A stretch of DNA of 64,000 nt from Squalus acanthias (GCA_030390025.1 CM059432.1:66218001-66282000), one strand, 5' to 3'; positions 1-13,715 are shown, counted from the first letter of the stretch. Numbers and translations are program-made. The notes: generated from the sequence alone by a model not told the origin.

Positions 1-38
1 CCCCTCCCTATCGCTGTAACCTCTTCCAGCCATACAAC

Positions 39-388
39 CAATGTTCCCACAAAGCTGCACACGTGCATGGCAGCACAGTAATCTGAAAGATCCCACGCAG
101 GCTGGTCACAAGCTTTTACACAGGAAATACCACACATGCGTAGACATTTAAAGGGACCGCGCATTGAAAGAAACAGGCTGCGCAGAACAAAAGCGCAGCT
201 TATAGGGAACAGACAATGTTCCCACTAAGCTGTGTGCACGCGTGGCCATGCAGTCATCTGCAAGGTCCTGCGCAGGCTGCTCACCGGCTTTTACATTGAA
301 GATACCGCGCATGCGCAAAATTTGGAATGGGCCGTGCATTGGGGGAGCCAGGCCACGCAGGAAGCAGTGCAGCTTACGGGGGACAATG
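39..388. mobile_element. hAT-type non-autonomous element (tandem dimer of two ~175-bp TIR units) inserted in an L2-like 3' fragment
   Basis: Both units (39-213, 214-388) start CAATGTTCCCAC..AAGCTG and end CAGCTTA..GGG.ACA (imperfect TIRs). Flanking 8-bp near-direct repeat CATACAAC (31-38) / CCTACAAC (389-396); 8-bp TSDs are typical of hAT. Confidence 0.7.
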
Positions 389-945
389 CCTACAACCCTC
401 CAAAAACTCTGTGTTCCTCAAACTCTGGCCTCTTGTGCATCTCCCACCTCCTTCGCCCCACCATTGGTGGCCGTGCTGTCTAGGCCCTAAGGTATGGAAT
501 TGCCTCCCCAAACCTCTTCGCCTCTCCACCTCTCTGGACAACTTAGGAGAGGTGTTGGAAGAGGAAGATGTGGTCAACCATGGCAAAGGCTGCAAAAGGA
601 TCGAGAATGATGAGGAGAGATAGTGCACCACAGTCACAGTCACATAGGATGTCAATTGTGACTTCGCTAAGGGCCATTTCAGTGTTGTGGGAGGGGCAGA
701 AACCTGATTGAAGTGTTTTAAACATGGAGTTCCAGGAAAGATAGGCACAGATTTGGGAGGTGACAGCTCGTTCAAGGACTTTGGAGAGGAAAAGAAGGTT
801 GGAGATGGAGCGGTAGTTTGTAAGGACAGAGGGATCAAGAGTCGGTTTTTTGAGGAGGGGATGATGATGACTGATTTGAAAAAGAAAGGGACAGTACCAG
901 AAGAGAGAACGTGACAGGGTCGTGATTGGCAGAAACTGAAAAGGA
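389..945. mobile_element. Degraded L2-like LINE fragments (3' piece on +, ORF2 piece on -)
   Basis: Resembles an L2 3' region (CCATTGGTGGCCGTGC..CTAGGCCCTAAG). Minus strand has a decayed RT motif (GCAGCCTTTGCCATGGTTGACCAC, AAF.xVDH). Confidence 0.5.
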
Positions 946-2395
946 ACATAAGCATATAGGAACTTAAGAACAGGAGTAGGCCATTCAGCCCCTCGAGCCT
1001 GTTCTGCCCTTCAATGAGATCATGGCTGAGCTGTGCTCTAACTCCATATGCCCGCCTTTGGCCCATATCCCTTAATACCTTTGGTTAACAAAAAGCTATC
1101 AATCTCCGATTTAAAATTAACAATTGACCTAGCATCAATTGTCGATTGCGGAAGAGAGTTCCAAACATCTACCACCCTTTGTGTGTAGAAGTGCTTCCTA
1201 ATTATACTCCTGAAAATTCTGGCTCTAATTTTTAGATTATGTCCCCTAGGCCTAGCGGGAGAAATTCATTATAGCCCCGTTTGGGGCGCTAATTTTTCAA
1301 AGTTGAAAAAATTAGTGCCAGGCACTAATGTTTTTCAACTTTTAAAATTTTTGGTTTTGCGCTCCAGGAAGGAAGTGGAGCGCTAGATCAAGCGCTCCAC
1401 TTCCTTCCTGGAGCGCAACAGGCAGCAGGCGGGGTGGTAGATGTGCAGCGCTGCCACGTTGGAAGGCTCCTTCCCTCCCTTAAAGAGAAGGGCCATCGTT
1501 GCAGGCACTGCAAGGAAAAAACTTACCTGGTCCCCAACGGCAGCCATAATCTGGCCCGATCAGACCAATGCACTGCAGCAGAGTGCCGGGCTGATCGATC
1601 GCTGGCAAAGAAAAATGAAAAAAAAACCAGAAAGAGCATTTGAGAATTTTTTCCACTTACCTCGGCCACCTCGCCTTTAACTATCACCCCTGAAGCGCCC
1701 AGCCTCCCGATGAACGCCTACTGCAGCTGTCGGTGTTTTCGCCCGGTGATGCTGCAGGAGGCGGAACCGAAGTTTGGGTCCGGGGCGCTACCGGGGCAAT
1801 ACGCTTGGCGATGATGTCATGATCTCCCGGCGAAGGAGATCAGGGCGCAATGCCGTACCGCCGCCACAAAACTCCCGCCGAATATAGCGGGAGTCGATCT
1901 TCTTGCCACACCTGGTCGGTAGGTGCCCAATTTCTAGCCCCTAGGATCCCAACCAGTGGAAGTAGTTTCTCTCTATCTACCTTATCTGTTCCCCTTAATA
2001 TCCTGAAAACTTCGATCAGATCACCCCTTAACCTTCTAAATTCCAGGGAATACAATCCTAATTTGTGTAATCTCTCCTCGTAACTTAACCCTTCAAGTCG
2101 GGTATCATTCTGGTAAACCTACGCTGCACTCCCTCTAAGGCCAATATATCCTTTCGAAGGTGTGTGGTGCCCAGAACTGCTCACAGTACTCCAGCTGTGG
2201 CCTAACCAGGGTTTTGTATAGCTGCAGCATAACTTCTACCCCCTTGTATTCTAGTCCTCTAGATATAAAGGCCAGCATCCCATTAGCCTTTTTGATTATT
2301 TTCTGTACCTGTTCATTACATTTTAATGATCTATGTACCTGGACCCCCAAGTCTCTTTGGACCTCCACTGTTTTTAGCTTTTCACCATTTAGAAA
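946..2395 (-). mobile_element. 5'-truncated CR1 LINE (ORF2 C-terminus, 3'UTR, tail), interrupted by MITE 1255-1940
   Basis: ORF pieces QRDLGVQVHRSLK..RPQLEYC and YSLEFRRLRGDLIEVF; CR1 3' hairpin and octamer tail at 946-1030. Confidence 0.9.
1255..1940. mobile_element. PIF/Harbinger-type MITE
   Basis: 12-bp imperfect TIRs GCGGGAGAAATT / AATTTCTAGCCC; TSD CTA (1252-1254, 1941-1943). Removing it restores the CR1 sequence. Confidence 0.85.
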
Positions 2396-2439
2396 GAATT
2401 TGGGAGAGACTATTCATTATATTCTGAAAGCAGCTAGTT

Positions 2440-3000
2440 AGTGTGATGCAGTTATAAATAAGGCAAATCAGGTATTGGTTCCAGTTGGAGGGCATTGGAC
2501 CACAAGTCAGAATACGTTATACTGACATTGTGCAAACTAATGGTGAGGCCAATTCTGAAGTATGGCATGCAATTTTTGTCACTCTAACTGTGAAAAGTTA
2601 CAGATGCATTAGAAAAGCTTTAGACAACAGTGACCAGGTTGATTCCAGCCTTAGAGGACTAAGCTGTAAAGAAAGGCTCAAGCAACTAAATTTGCTTCTA
2701 GCGGAGAAGTTCAAAAGGTTTTTGAAATGATGAAAGATATATGCGACATGGGAGAAACAAAGCCATTTATCTTGAATGAGAGCTTACCACTAGAGGACAC
2801 AAGTACAAAATTCAATATCAGTTGTGAAGTGAGATTGAAGGTTATAAAGATATTTAATGGCACTGCTTGATTCTTAGTGCTACTTGACAGCTTAGTGTTC
2901 CCTAGAGTAAGAGATCAGCAGATGGTGTGGGAGGGAAGTCCATGCTGAAATAATCATAAATGAACTCTGGATGGAGAGCACTAGATTGGCTGAACAGACT
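2440..3000 (+). mobile_element. Old, highly diverged CR1 3' fragment
   Basis: Decayed similarity to the CR1 ORF2 end (CTAATGGTGAGGCCAATTCTGAAGTAT, ACTAGAGGACACAAGTACAAA). Confidence 0.55.
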
Positions 3001-3569
3001 ATTCTCACTCTGGATTTTACTTAGATTTTTAAATACATATTCTAAAATTACACATTTTAGAAGTAGTATGGCAAATAATTTTTATCATCGCACTTTTTAT
3101 TTCCTTCTTTTTACTCCATGTCTGCACCCTCATTGTGGTAAACCATGGTTATTTACACATTGCACAATATGTGAAAGTTTAACTTTTGGGAACAATTGCA
3201 AACCAGGAAAAGAAAGTTTAGTTTATAGTCGCCAAATTATCAGAGGATGGGTTATTTGCAGGTGTGAGGAGACCAGACAGGAGTTCAATGATTATGGCTA
3301 AAAGAACAGAAAGCAGCAGATCTGTGCCTTTGAGAAACAGGAGACCAGGCATTTGAGAACTTGTGAATTTTGATTTTACTACATGGTATCATCAGTAAAT
3401 CATGGGGTAAATTTTACAAGTTAGTTCTCCTGGCAGATTGGACAATTGGGTACACAAGTCAGCACACGCAATTCACAGCTTTCGCAGTTGCTAGAATAGC
3501 TTACAGTAAACAGACTACTTTCCCTAATAGTATTAATTTACTCTGCAGTTTTAGGACAGAACCCATGAT

Positions 3570-3832
3570 ATAAGTATAAGGAATAAATTGAATGAACTGC
3601 AGGCATGAATTCAAATTGGAGGGTATGACATGGTAGCCATTACTGAGACATGGCTGCAAGATGGTCAGGACTGGCAACTAAATATACCAGGTTATAAGGT
3701 CTACAGGAAAGATAGGGAAAATGGCAGAGGGGTAGGGGTAGCCTAAGTGATTACGGATGAAATCACTTCAATGATAAGAGAGGATATAAAGAGAGGTAAG
3801 CAGGCAGTGGAGACTTTATGGGTAGAAATTTT
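3570..3832 (+). mobile_element. CR1 ORF2 APE-endonuclease N-terminal fragment
   Basis: Encodes YDMVAITETWLQDGQDWQLNIPGYKVYRKDR. Confidence 0.8.
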
Positions 3833-3841
3833 CCCAACCAG

Positions 3842-4185
3842 TCATAGAATCATAGAATCATACAGCACAGAAGGAGGCCATTCAGCCCATCGTGCCTGTG
3901 CCAGGTTCTTTCATAAAGCGATCCAATTAATCCTACTCCCCTGCTCATTCCCCGTAGCCCTGTAATTTTTTCCCTCCAAGACTCTATCCAGTTCCCTTTT
4001 GAAAGTTACTATTGAATTTGCTTCCTCCACCTTTTCAGGGAGTGCATTCCAGATCACAACAACTCACTTTGTAAAAAAATGTTTCCTCATGTCGTTTCTG
4101 GTTCTTTTGCCAATTACCTCTGTGTCCACTGGTTATGGACCCTTCTGCCACTGGAAACAGTTTCTCCTTATTTACTCTATCAAAA
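3842..4185 (-). mobile_element. CR1 3' end fragment
   Basis: (TCATAGAA)n tail on + followed by CR1 3'UTR. Confidence 0.8.
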
Positions 4186-4189
4186 CCAA

Positions 4190-6320
4190 TCATAGAAATC
4201 AGAGACATTTATGGCACAGAAGGTGGCCATTCGACCCATCATGTCTGTGCCGGCCGAAAAAGAGCTATCCAGCCTAATCCCACTTTCCAGCTCTTGGTCC
4301 GTAGCCTTGTAGGTTCCAGCACTTCAAGTGCATAGCCAAGTACTTTCTAAATGTGATGAGGGTTTCTGCCTCTACCACCCTTTCAGGCAGTGAGTTCCAG
4401 GCCCCCACCACCCACTGAGTGAAAAAAATCAAGTCTCCCCTCAGCCTCTCTGTTCCAAAGAAAACAACCCCAGCCTATCCAATCTTTCCTCATTGCTAAA
4501 ATCTTCCAGTCCTGGCAACATTCTCGTAAATCTCCTCTGTACCCTCTCTAGTGCAATCACATCTTTCCTATAATGTGGTGAGCAGAACTGTATGCAGTAC
4601 TCTAGCTGTGGCCTAACTAGTATTTTATACAGTTCTAGCTGAACCTCCCTGCTCTTATATTCTATGCCTCGGCTAATAAAGGAAAGTGTCCCGTATGCCT
4701 TCTTAACCACCTTATCGACCTGTCCTGCTACCTTCAGGGATCTGTGGACATGCACTCCAAGGTCTCTCTGTTCCTCAACGCTTCTCAGTATCCTACCATT
4801 TATTGTGTATTTCCTTGCCTTGTTAGCCCTCCCCAAATGCATTACCTCACACATCTCCAGATTGAATTCCATTTGCCACTTTTCTGCCCACCTTACCAGT
4901 CCATTGATATCTTCCTGCAATCTACAGCTTTCTTCCTCACTGTCAACCACACAGCCAATTTTTGTATCATCTGCAAACTTCTTAATCATGCCCCCTGCAT
5001 TGAAGTCAAAATCATTGATATGTACCACAAAAAGCAAGGGACCTAGTACTGAGCCCTTTGGAACGCCACTGGAAACAGCTTTCCAGTCACAAAAACACCC
5101 ATCGACCATTACCCTTTGCTTCCTGCCACTGAGCCAATTTTGGATCCAACTTGCCACTTTCCCTTGGATCCCATGGACTTTTATTTTTCTGACCAGTCTG
5201 CCATGTAGGACCTTGTCAAAAGGCCTTGCTAAAATCCATATTGACTACATCAAATGTGCTACCCTCATCAACCCTCCTTGTTACCTCCTCAAAAAATTCG
5301 ATCAAGTCAGTCAGACCCAACCTTCCCTTAACAAATCCATGCTGACTGTCCTTGATTAATCTGTGCCTTTCTAACTGATGATTAATACTGTCCCTCAGAT
5401 TTTGTTCCAATAACTTGCACAACAATGAGAGTAGGCTGACTGACTCGGTCTATCCCTTTCTCCCTTTTTCAACCACGGTGCAATGTTAGCAGTCCTCCGG
5501 CACCACACCTGTAGCCAGAGAGGATTGGAAAATGATGGTCAGAGCCTCTGCTATTTCCTCCCTTGAACAACCTGGTATACATTTCATCCAGGCCTGGTGA
5601 TTTATCTACTTTCAAAGATACTAAACCCCTTAATACTTCCCCTCTCACTATGTTTATATCATCTAATATTTCACACTCCTCCTCCTTAGCTACAATGTCT
5701 TCATCGTCCCTCTCTTTTGTGAAGACAGACACAAAGTATTCATTAAGAACCATACCCACGTCTTCACCTCTACACACAAGCTTCCTTTTTGGTCTCAAAT
5801 AGGCCCTACTCTTTCCTTGATTATCCTCTTGCTCTTTATGTATTTATAAAACATCTTTGGGTTTTCCTTGATTTTACTTGCCAATATTTTTTCATGCCCT
5901 CTCTTTGCTTTCTTAATTTCCTTTTTAATTTCACCTTCTATACTCCTCTAGGCTTTCTGCAGTATTTAACTCTCGGCATCTGACATAAGCTTCCCTTTTT
6001 GGCCTTATCCTACCCTGTATGCACCTTGACATCCAGGAGGCTTTAGATTTGGGAGTCCCACCCTTTTTCCTTGTGGGAACATATTTTCTCTGAACCTTCA
6101 CTATCGCCTCCTTGAATGCCTCCCTCTACTCTGACACTGATTTACCTTCAAGTAGCTGTTTCCAGTCAACTTTTGCTAAATCACATCTCAGCTTAGTAAA
6201 ATTGGCCTTTCCCCAATCGAGAACTTTTACTCCTGGTCTATCTTTGTCCTTTTCTATAACTATGCTAAATCTAACTGAATTATGATCACTACCACCAAAA
6301 TGCTTTCCCACTGATACCCC
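4190..6320 (-). mobile_element. CR1 LINE, decayed ORF2 (part of endonuclease and RT)
   Basis: ORFs 4441-5157, 5216-5425 and 6126-6326 carry SQHGF, DFSKAF, GVPKGSVLGP, FADD and GSDHN motifs; tail at 4190. Confidence 0.92.
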
Positions 6321-9300
6321 TTCCACCCCTTCATCGTATTGATAATCTCTATCAAATATCCTCTTAACCTTCTCTGCTCTAAGGATAACAACTCCAGCCT
6401 CTCCAGTCTTTCCATGTAACTGAAGTCCCTCATCCCTGGTACTATTCTAGTAAATTTCATCTGCATCCTCTCTAAAGGCCTTGATATCCTTCTTAAAGTG
6501 GTGCCCAGAATTGAATACAATACTCCAGCTGAGGTCTAACCATTGTTTTATAATGATTTAGCATAACTTCCTTGTTTTTGTACGCTATTCCTCTATTAAT
6601 AAAGCCCAAGATCCCATGTGCTTTGTAACAGCCTTCTCAACTTGTCCTGCCACCTTCAAAGATTTGTGTACATACTGTATGATTCTAAAAACTGAAATAA
6701 AACCGCTGCTACCGTGTGGAGATCGAAGTTCAGAACGAATTGTGAAATGGTTATGGAATACTAAGAAGTCAGCATGGTCCTTTGTTTGTGAAGGCACAAA
6801 ATGGCAGACGTCAGCAGGGGATCCTTTGCATGGTGGTCAGCATGGTTCTTTGTTTGTGAGTCCACATGGACAGGAAGGAGAAACACAAGTGACAAGGAAG
6901 TCCCGCCCCCACACATCTCACAGGAACATGAACGTGTCATGCGGAAGGAACTCCAATCAGGGAAGGTTTGGAGTGAAACTGACCTATCAGAAGGAGGCAG
7001 ACAGTGATATACGAGGGAGGCCGGCAGAAAGGCCCTAAAAAGAGATAACCCAGAGGCGGAAAATTCAGAACAAAGAAAGAAGAATGGAAGAACAGATGAA
7101 AAAAGAAAGCTGGCCAGTCTATGTTTTGACTTACGACTTTTTCTGGACCGATCACTCAGAGATAAAGGAATATGTATAAAAGTTGGACTTGGAGCTTAGA
7201 TATTGTTAAAGGGTACTTTTATGTACGGTTGACTTGGGATAAGTTGCTGGGGAGGTACTTTTATGTACAGTAAATTGGATGCATATTGATTGCGAGAGAA
7301 TGCTTCTATGTACACTTGAATTTTGAACTATAGTGTGAATAAAGACCAATTTTATTGATCACATACTTATCTGTCATTGTTATGCTTATTCGTAATTCTC
7401 GAAGTCCAAACAATAGTAAGAGAAAGGCTTACAATACACCACCATGTCTCTCTTTTCCTGCTCCCCCTTTAAAATTGTACTATTTAATTTATATTGCCAG
7501 TCCCATTCTTCCTACCAAAATGTATCACTTCATACTGCTCTGCATTAAATTTCATCTGTCATATGTCTGCCCATTTTACCAGTCTGTCTATATCCTCCTG
7601 AAGTCTGTTACTGTCCTCCTCACTGTTTACTACATTTCCGAATTTTGTGTCTCTGCAAACTTTGAAATTATGCCCCGTATACCCAAGTCTAGATCATTAA
7701 TTTGTATCAAAAAGAGCAGTGGCCCTAATATCGACCCCTGGAGAAAAACACTGTATACTTCGCTCCAGTTTGAAAAACAACCGTTCAACACTACTCTCTG
7801 CTTTCTGTCCTTTAGCCAATTTTGTATCCATGCTGCTACTGTCCCTTTAATCCCATGGGCTTTAATTTTACTAACAAGCCTATTATGTGGTAGTTTGTCA
7901 AATGCTTTTTGAAAGTCTATATAGACAACATCTACCGCACTACCCTCATCAACCCTTTCCGTTACTTCATCAAAGAATTCGATCATGTTAGTCAAGCACA
8001 ATTTGCTTTTAACAAATCTGTGCTGACTTTCATTTATTAGCCCATACTTTTCCAAATGCCAATTAATTTTGTCCTGGATTATTGTCTCTAACAGTCTCCC
8101 CACCACCAACGTTAGGCTGACTGGCCTATAGTTATCGGGGTTAGCCTTCTCCCCTTTTTTAAACAGGGGTGTAACATTTACAATCCTCCAGTCCTCTGGC
8201 ACCACCCCCATATGCAAGGAGGATTGGAAGATTGTGGTCAGAGCCTCTGCAATTTCCACCCTTACTTCCCTCAGTAACTTAGGATGCATCCCATTCAGAC
8301 CTGGTGACTTTTATACTTTGAGAACTGCCAACCTTTTAAGTACCTCCTCTTTATCTATTTTTATCCCATCTAATATCACTGCTGCCTCCTCCTTTACTGT
8401 TACTCTTCTCTAGTGAAGACAAATGCAAAGTGCTCATTTAGTACCTCAGCCACGCGCTCTGTCGCCATAAGACGATTTCCTTTCTGTTCCTAATCAGCCC
8501 AACCTTCCTTTAACCACCCTTTTACTATTTATGTGTTTATAAAAGACTTTTGGCTTCCCTTTTGTGTTAGCCACTAATCTATTCTCCTACTGTCTCTTTG
8601 TCTCTCTTCTTCCCTTTTCTAGATCTCTGCTGTACCTTCTATATTCAGCTTGGTTCTCTATAAAATTATGAACCTTACCATTGTCATAAGCCTCCTTTTT
8701 CTGTCTCATTTTAACCTCTATATCATTTGTCATCCAGGGAGCTCTAGCTTTGGATGCCCCTCCTTTCCCCCTCATGGGAATGTTTCTAGTCTGTACCTGA
8801 ACCATCTCCTCTTTGAAGGCCTGCCATTGTTCAATTAATGTTTTGCCTACCAATTTTTGATTCCAATCCACCTGAGGCAGATCCCTTTACAACTCACTGA
8901 AATTAGCCCTCCTCAACTTAAGTGTATTATATTTGATTCTACCTTGTCCTTTTCAATAACTATTCTGAACCTAATGATATTATGATCACTGTACACCAAA
9001 TGCTCTCCTACTGAAATATATTCCACTTGCCCCCACTTCATTCCCCAGAACTAGATCCAGCACTGCATCCTTCCTCATTGGGCTGGAGACACACTGATCA
9101 AAAAAGTTCTCTTGTACACATTTCATGAATTCCTCCCCTTTTAGCCCTTCACACTGTTACTATTCCAGTCTATATTAGGATAATTGAAGTCCCCCATTAT
9201 CACTACTGTAGTTCTAGCATCTTTCTGTAATTTGCTGTCAAATTTGCTCCTCTATCTCCTTCCCACTATTTGGTGGCCAATAGTGTACACTAAGTAGCAT

Positions 9301-10815
9301 AATAGCTCCTCTATTGTTCCTTAATTCTAAACAAATAGATTCTCTTTGGCCCCTCAACTACATCATCAATCTCCAGTGCTATAATAGTTTCTTTGATCAA
9401 TACTGCCATCCCCTCCTTTTTTTCCCTTCCCTATCTTTCCTGAATACTTTGTAGCCAAGAATATTAAGTTTCTAATCCTCCCTTCTTTGAGTCAGTATTT
9501 CATAGTCCCATGTGGTGACTTGTGCCTGCAGCTCACCAACCTTATCTACCACACTACGTGCATTTACAGTGCATGCATTCCAAACCCAACTTAGACTGCT
9601 TCACATTTGTTCCCTGTTTGATCCCTCCTATTTCTGAACTATTCCTAACTCTTATGTTATTTGCCTCTTCCAGCCCTCTGTGGACCTTGTTTCTCCTCTC
9701 TAATATTTCATCCTGGTGAACATCCCCCTGCCAAATTAGTTTAAACTCTCCCCCACAGTACTAGTTAACCTTCACACGAGGACATTGTCCAGCTCTGTTG
9801 AGGTGCCACCTGTTCACTTTGAACAGGATCCTCCTGCCCCAGAACTGGTCCCAATGCCCCAGGAATTTGAAGCCCTCCATCCTATACCATTTCTCCAGCT
9901 ACGCGTTAACCTGTTTTATCCTACTATTCCTATACCCAGCAGTACTAGGAGTAATCCAGAGATTACTACCTTTGAGGTCCTGCTTTTTAACTTCCTCCAT
10001 AGCTCCTGAAACTCTGACTGCAGGACCTCAACCCTTTTCCTACCATTGTCATTGGTTCCCACATGGACCACGACTTCTGGCTTTTCCCTTTCCCCCTTCA
10101 AAATGTTCTGCACCCTTTCAGTGATGTCCTTTGCCCTGGCAACAGGGAGGAAACACACCACGTGGGACTCATGTTGGTGGTTGCAGAAACGCTTGTCTAT
10201 CCCCCTGACTATGAATCCCCTATGACCACTGCATTTCTACACTTTGCTGTGCCCCCCTGTGCACTCATTTGCCCCACGGTGCCATGGATGTGCTCCAGAC
10301 TGCACTCACCCAAGGTGTCGTCACCCTCACTGGCATTCAGCACTGAAAACCTGTTTGACCTGTGCCACACTCCCAGAGGATTCCTGAATGCCTGCCTCTT
10401 CCTACGCAGCCTGATGGCCACCCACTTACTATCCTCCTGAACTCTGTAGCTGTGGGTGACCACCTCCGGGAACGGGCACTCCAGGAAATTCTAATCCTCC
10501 CGTATGCCCTGCAGTGACTCCAGCCACTCCTCAAGCTCAGAAACCCTGAGCTCAGGTTCAAGCAACTGGAGGCACTTCCTGCATACGTGGTTATCCAGGA
10601 CACTTGAAGCTTCCTGGAGTTCCCACATGGTACAGGGACTACAGGCAATGGGTCTCAGTTGTCCCATCATTTTCCTCAAATGAAATCCCTTTAGATCTAA
10701 TCAATTAGTCTGATTATTTATATATTTACAGTTGCCCCTTAGTTTAAAGCACTTAGCACCTCCTTCCTTTCTCTGCACCGAATTCCCACTCTCAACAAAT
10801 TCCCGTTGCCACTCT
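6320..10815 (-). mobile_element. Near full-length decayed CR1 LINE (ORF1 zinc finger/leucine zipper and SGNH esterase; ORF2), interrupted by a solo LTR
   Basis: ORF1 pieces CSPCTMWE..CRKC, VVIGDS and VHVGTND (9916-10679); ORF2 RT piece 7630-8289 (NYRPVSLT, DFQKAFD). Confidence 0.9.
6676..7433 (+). mobile_element. Solo LTR (758 bp), Gypsy- or ERV-like
   Basis: TGTA...TACA termini; 4-bp TSD ATAC (6672-6675, 7434-7437); AATAAA near 7338; the host CR1 is continuous across it. Confidence 0.85.
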
Positions 10816-11291
10816 GTATGACAAGCAGATGCTCCCAGCTCTGTGCACAAAGTCTTGGCACTATTGCTTGTTGTATCGAGATTAATGTTTCACCTGGTCT
10901 TAAATATAGAATGCTGTATAAGAGCACACACAAGTAAATATTGCTGCAGGTGCAGCTGAAATTCTTAGCCACTTAGTAATAGAGACAGACAGATGATGGA
11001 AATAGACTGGATTTGTGAATTTTGACTCAAAGAAGACGCAGCTCTTCAGGTGCTTTTGAATTGACAGACTAACCATCACTTGACACATGTCATCCACTGA
11101 AAGGGGATTTAGTTTCACAATCTAGTTGATACTACTTGTAACAATGAAAGAAACTGTCGCACTTGACTTCTGTGTAAACAGCTTCTCACTTCTGTCTCAT
11201 GATTGTCCTAAATTCATTCAGTCCATCACATCACAGAAAACAAATAGGCACATTTGTCTTCCTATATTTCATCAGCAGTACAAAACACAAT

Positions 11292-12309
11292 GGGCCCTAT
11301 TTTGCTGTGAGCGGCGAACGAACGGCACCCACCGTTCGTTAGACTTGCACTTGCCCATAGACTTTCTATGGGGTTTTACACAGCAAAAAATCTTTTAAAA
11401 ATCTCTAACAATAATTGAAGAAAAAAAGAAAGTGTGTCAGCCAGTGGCTCAGTTGATAGCACCCTAACCTCTGAGTCTGAAGGTTGTGGGTCCTAAGTCC
11501 CACTCCAGAGACTTGAGCATAAAAATCTAGGCTGACACTCCCAGTGCAGTACTGAGGGAATGCTGCACTGTCAGAGGTGCCATCTTTCGGATCAGACGTT
11601 AAACTGAGGCCCCGTTTGCTCTCTCAGGTGGATGTAAAAGATCCTATGGCACTATTTCGAAGAAGAGCAGGGGAGTTATTCCTGGTGTCCTGGCCAATAT
11701 TTATCCCTCAAGCAACAGCTTAAAAAAACAGATTATGTGGTCATTATATTGCTGTTTGTGGGAGCTTGCTGTGCGCAAATTGGCTGCTATGTTTCCGACA
11801 TTACAACAGGGACTACACTTCAAAAAGTATTTCATTGGCTGTACAGCGCTTTGTGACATCCGGTGGTTGTGAAAGGCACTATATAAATGCAAGTTTTTCT
11901 TTCTTTTAAAAAATCTCCAACAATAATTAAAGGCTGAAGGAATGAGACTCCACACATGTAAAAGTAAATTTTAAGTGTCAGAGAGCTTGTTTGGGAGTAA
12001 TTAAGACTTATCACGCCGTTAAAAGATTACTTGGACTGAAATGGACAAGCCCTAACTTTCTAAGGCGAGTTTAGTCTATATCTACAACGTAAGTACAGCA
12101 ACTTCACGCCGTTCAATACATTTGAATGGGAAGCCAGACAGCGAGATATAATTTTCGTGCAGCTAACGCAGGAGCAGTGCATCTCAGACAGTAACTTTCA
12201 GATTTTCACGGTTAACTGTGCTCTCACTGGAAGTTGCTATCTAATTTGCATATAATTAATGGTGAGCGCTGTTAAGCCTCACCGGTATTATCACAGCAAA
12301 ATCTGGCCC
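11292..12309. mobile_element. Harbinger-type MITE containing a SINE insertion
   Basis: 18-bp TIRs GGGCCCTATTTTGCTGTG / CACAGCAAAATCTGGCCC; flanks AAT/ATT. Confidence 0.75.
11437..11903 (+). mobile_element. tRNA-derived Deu-domain SINE (SacSINE1-like)
   Basis: tRNA-like head (GTGGCTCAGTTG A box), Deu-like core GGTGCC.TCTTTCGGAT.AGACGTTAAAC, L2-like tail CTATATAAATGCAAG(TTTC)n. Confidence 0.85.
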
Positions 12310-12629
12310 ATTAATGCCAAAATATTATTGGGTAATTCCTAAGGGCACCAGTACCATGTTGAGTAATGTGCACCTTCCTTAAAATTAGGACTATTTGCAC
12401 AATTGAAATGTTATCGTAGACAGCGCACACAGGAATTTTGCGATGTTCGGAATAGTATCGTACATGTGTTTACCAACTATCGAAGATCATCTCATTACTC
12501 ATTTTTCTGTTCCAATTCTCTCTTCACAATGGAAGAGGTAGGGAACATACCAATCAGCAAATAGCAAGTGGGAATTAAACCACGAATCATGAATGTTTAA
12601 AAACTACAACTCAAAAATGGACAATCAGC

Positions 12630-12916
12630 AACAGAAGGACAAGGGCAGCAGGCACATGGGAAAACCATCACCGCCAAGTTCCCCTCCAAGTCACACACCA
12701 TCCTGACTTGGAAATATATCGCTCTTCCTTCATCGTCGCTGGGCCAAAATCCTGGAAAGTCCTCTCTAACCGAACAGCACTATGGGAGTACCTTCACCAG
12801 ACGGATTGCAATGATTCAAGAAAGCTGTTCACCACCACCTTCTCAAGGGCAATTAAGGATGGGCGATAAATGCTGGCCTTGCCAGTGACACCCACATCCC
12901 ATGAATGAATAAAAAT
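12630..12916 (+). mobile_element. 3' fragment of the LINE family at 28477-31388
   Basis: Matches 31106-31388 (AGAAGGACAAGGGCAGCAGG...CCCATGAATGAATAAAAA). Confidence 0.85.
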
Positions 12917-12964
12917 AGTTGTCAATAAAGAAAATGGTGATCCAATGGAATTGCAAAATATCAT

Positions 12965-13715
12965 ATCATAGAATCATAGAAATTTACGGCACAGAAGGAG
13001 GCCATTCGACCAATCGTGTCTGTGCCGGCCGAAAAAGAGCTATCCAGCCTAATCCCACTTTCCAGCTCTTGGTCCGTAGCCTTGTAGGTTACGGCACTTC
13101 AAGGGCATATCCAAGTACTTTTTAAATGTGATGAGCATTTCTGCCTCTACCACCCTTCCAGGCTGTGAGTTCCACACTCCCACCACCCTCTGGGTGAAAA
13201 GAGTTCGCTTCAACTCCCCTCTAATCCTCTACTAATTACTTTAAATCTATGTCCCCTGGTTATTGACCTCTGCTAAGGGAAATAGGTCCTTCCTATCCAC
13301 TCTACTAGGCTCCTCATAATTTTAAACACCTCAAATAAGTCTCCCCTCAGCCTCCTCTGTTCCAAAGAAAACAACCCCAGCCTATCCAATCTTTCCTCAT
13401 AGCTAAAATTCTCCAGTCCTGGTAACAGCCTCGTAAATCTCCTCTGTACCCTCTCTAGGTCAATCACATCTTTCCTATAATGTGGTGACCTGAACTGTAC
13501 ACAGTACTCTAGCTGTGGCCTAACTAGTGTTTTATACAGTTCTAGCATAACCTCTCTGCTCTTATATTCTATACCTCTGCTAATAAAGGAAAGCATCCCG
13601 TGTGCCTTCTTAACCACCTTATCTACCTGTCCTGCTACCTTCAGGGATCTGTGGACATGCACTCCAAGGTCCCTCTGTTCCTCTACATTTCTCAGTATCC
13701 TACCATTTATTGTTT
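12965..13715 (-). mobile_element. 5'-truncated CR1
   Basis: ORF 13273-13662 is the ORF2 C-terminus; same subfamily as the 4190 copy. Confidence 0.92.

Noticed and set aside
374..1066. 230-aa ORF on -
   Set aside because: Spans a CR1 tail and out-of-frame L2 fragments.
4664..5359. Antisense ORFs over CR1 (also 7355-7912 and 61649-62272)
   Set aside because: Shadow ORFs of the RT coding sequence.
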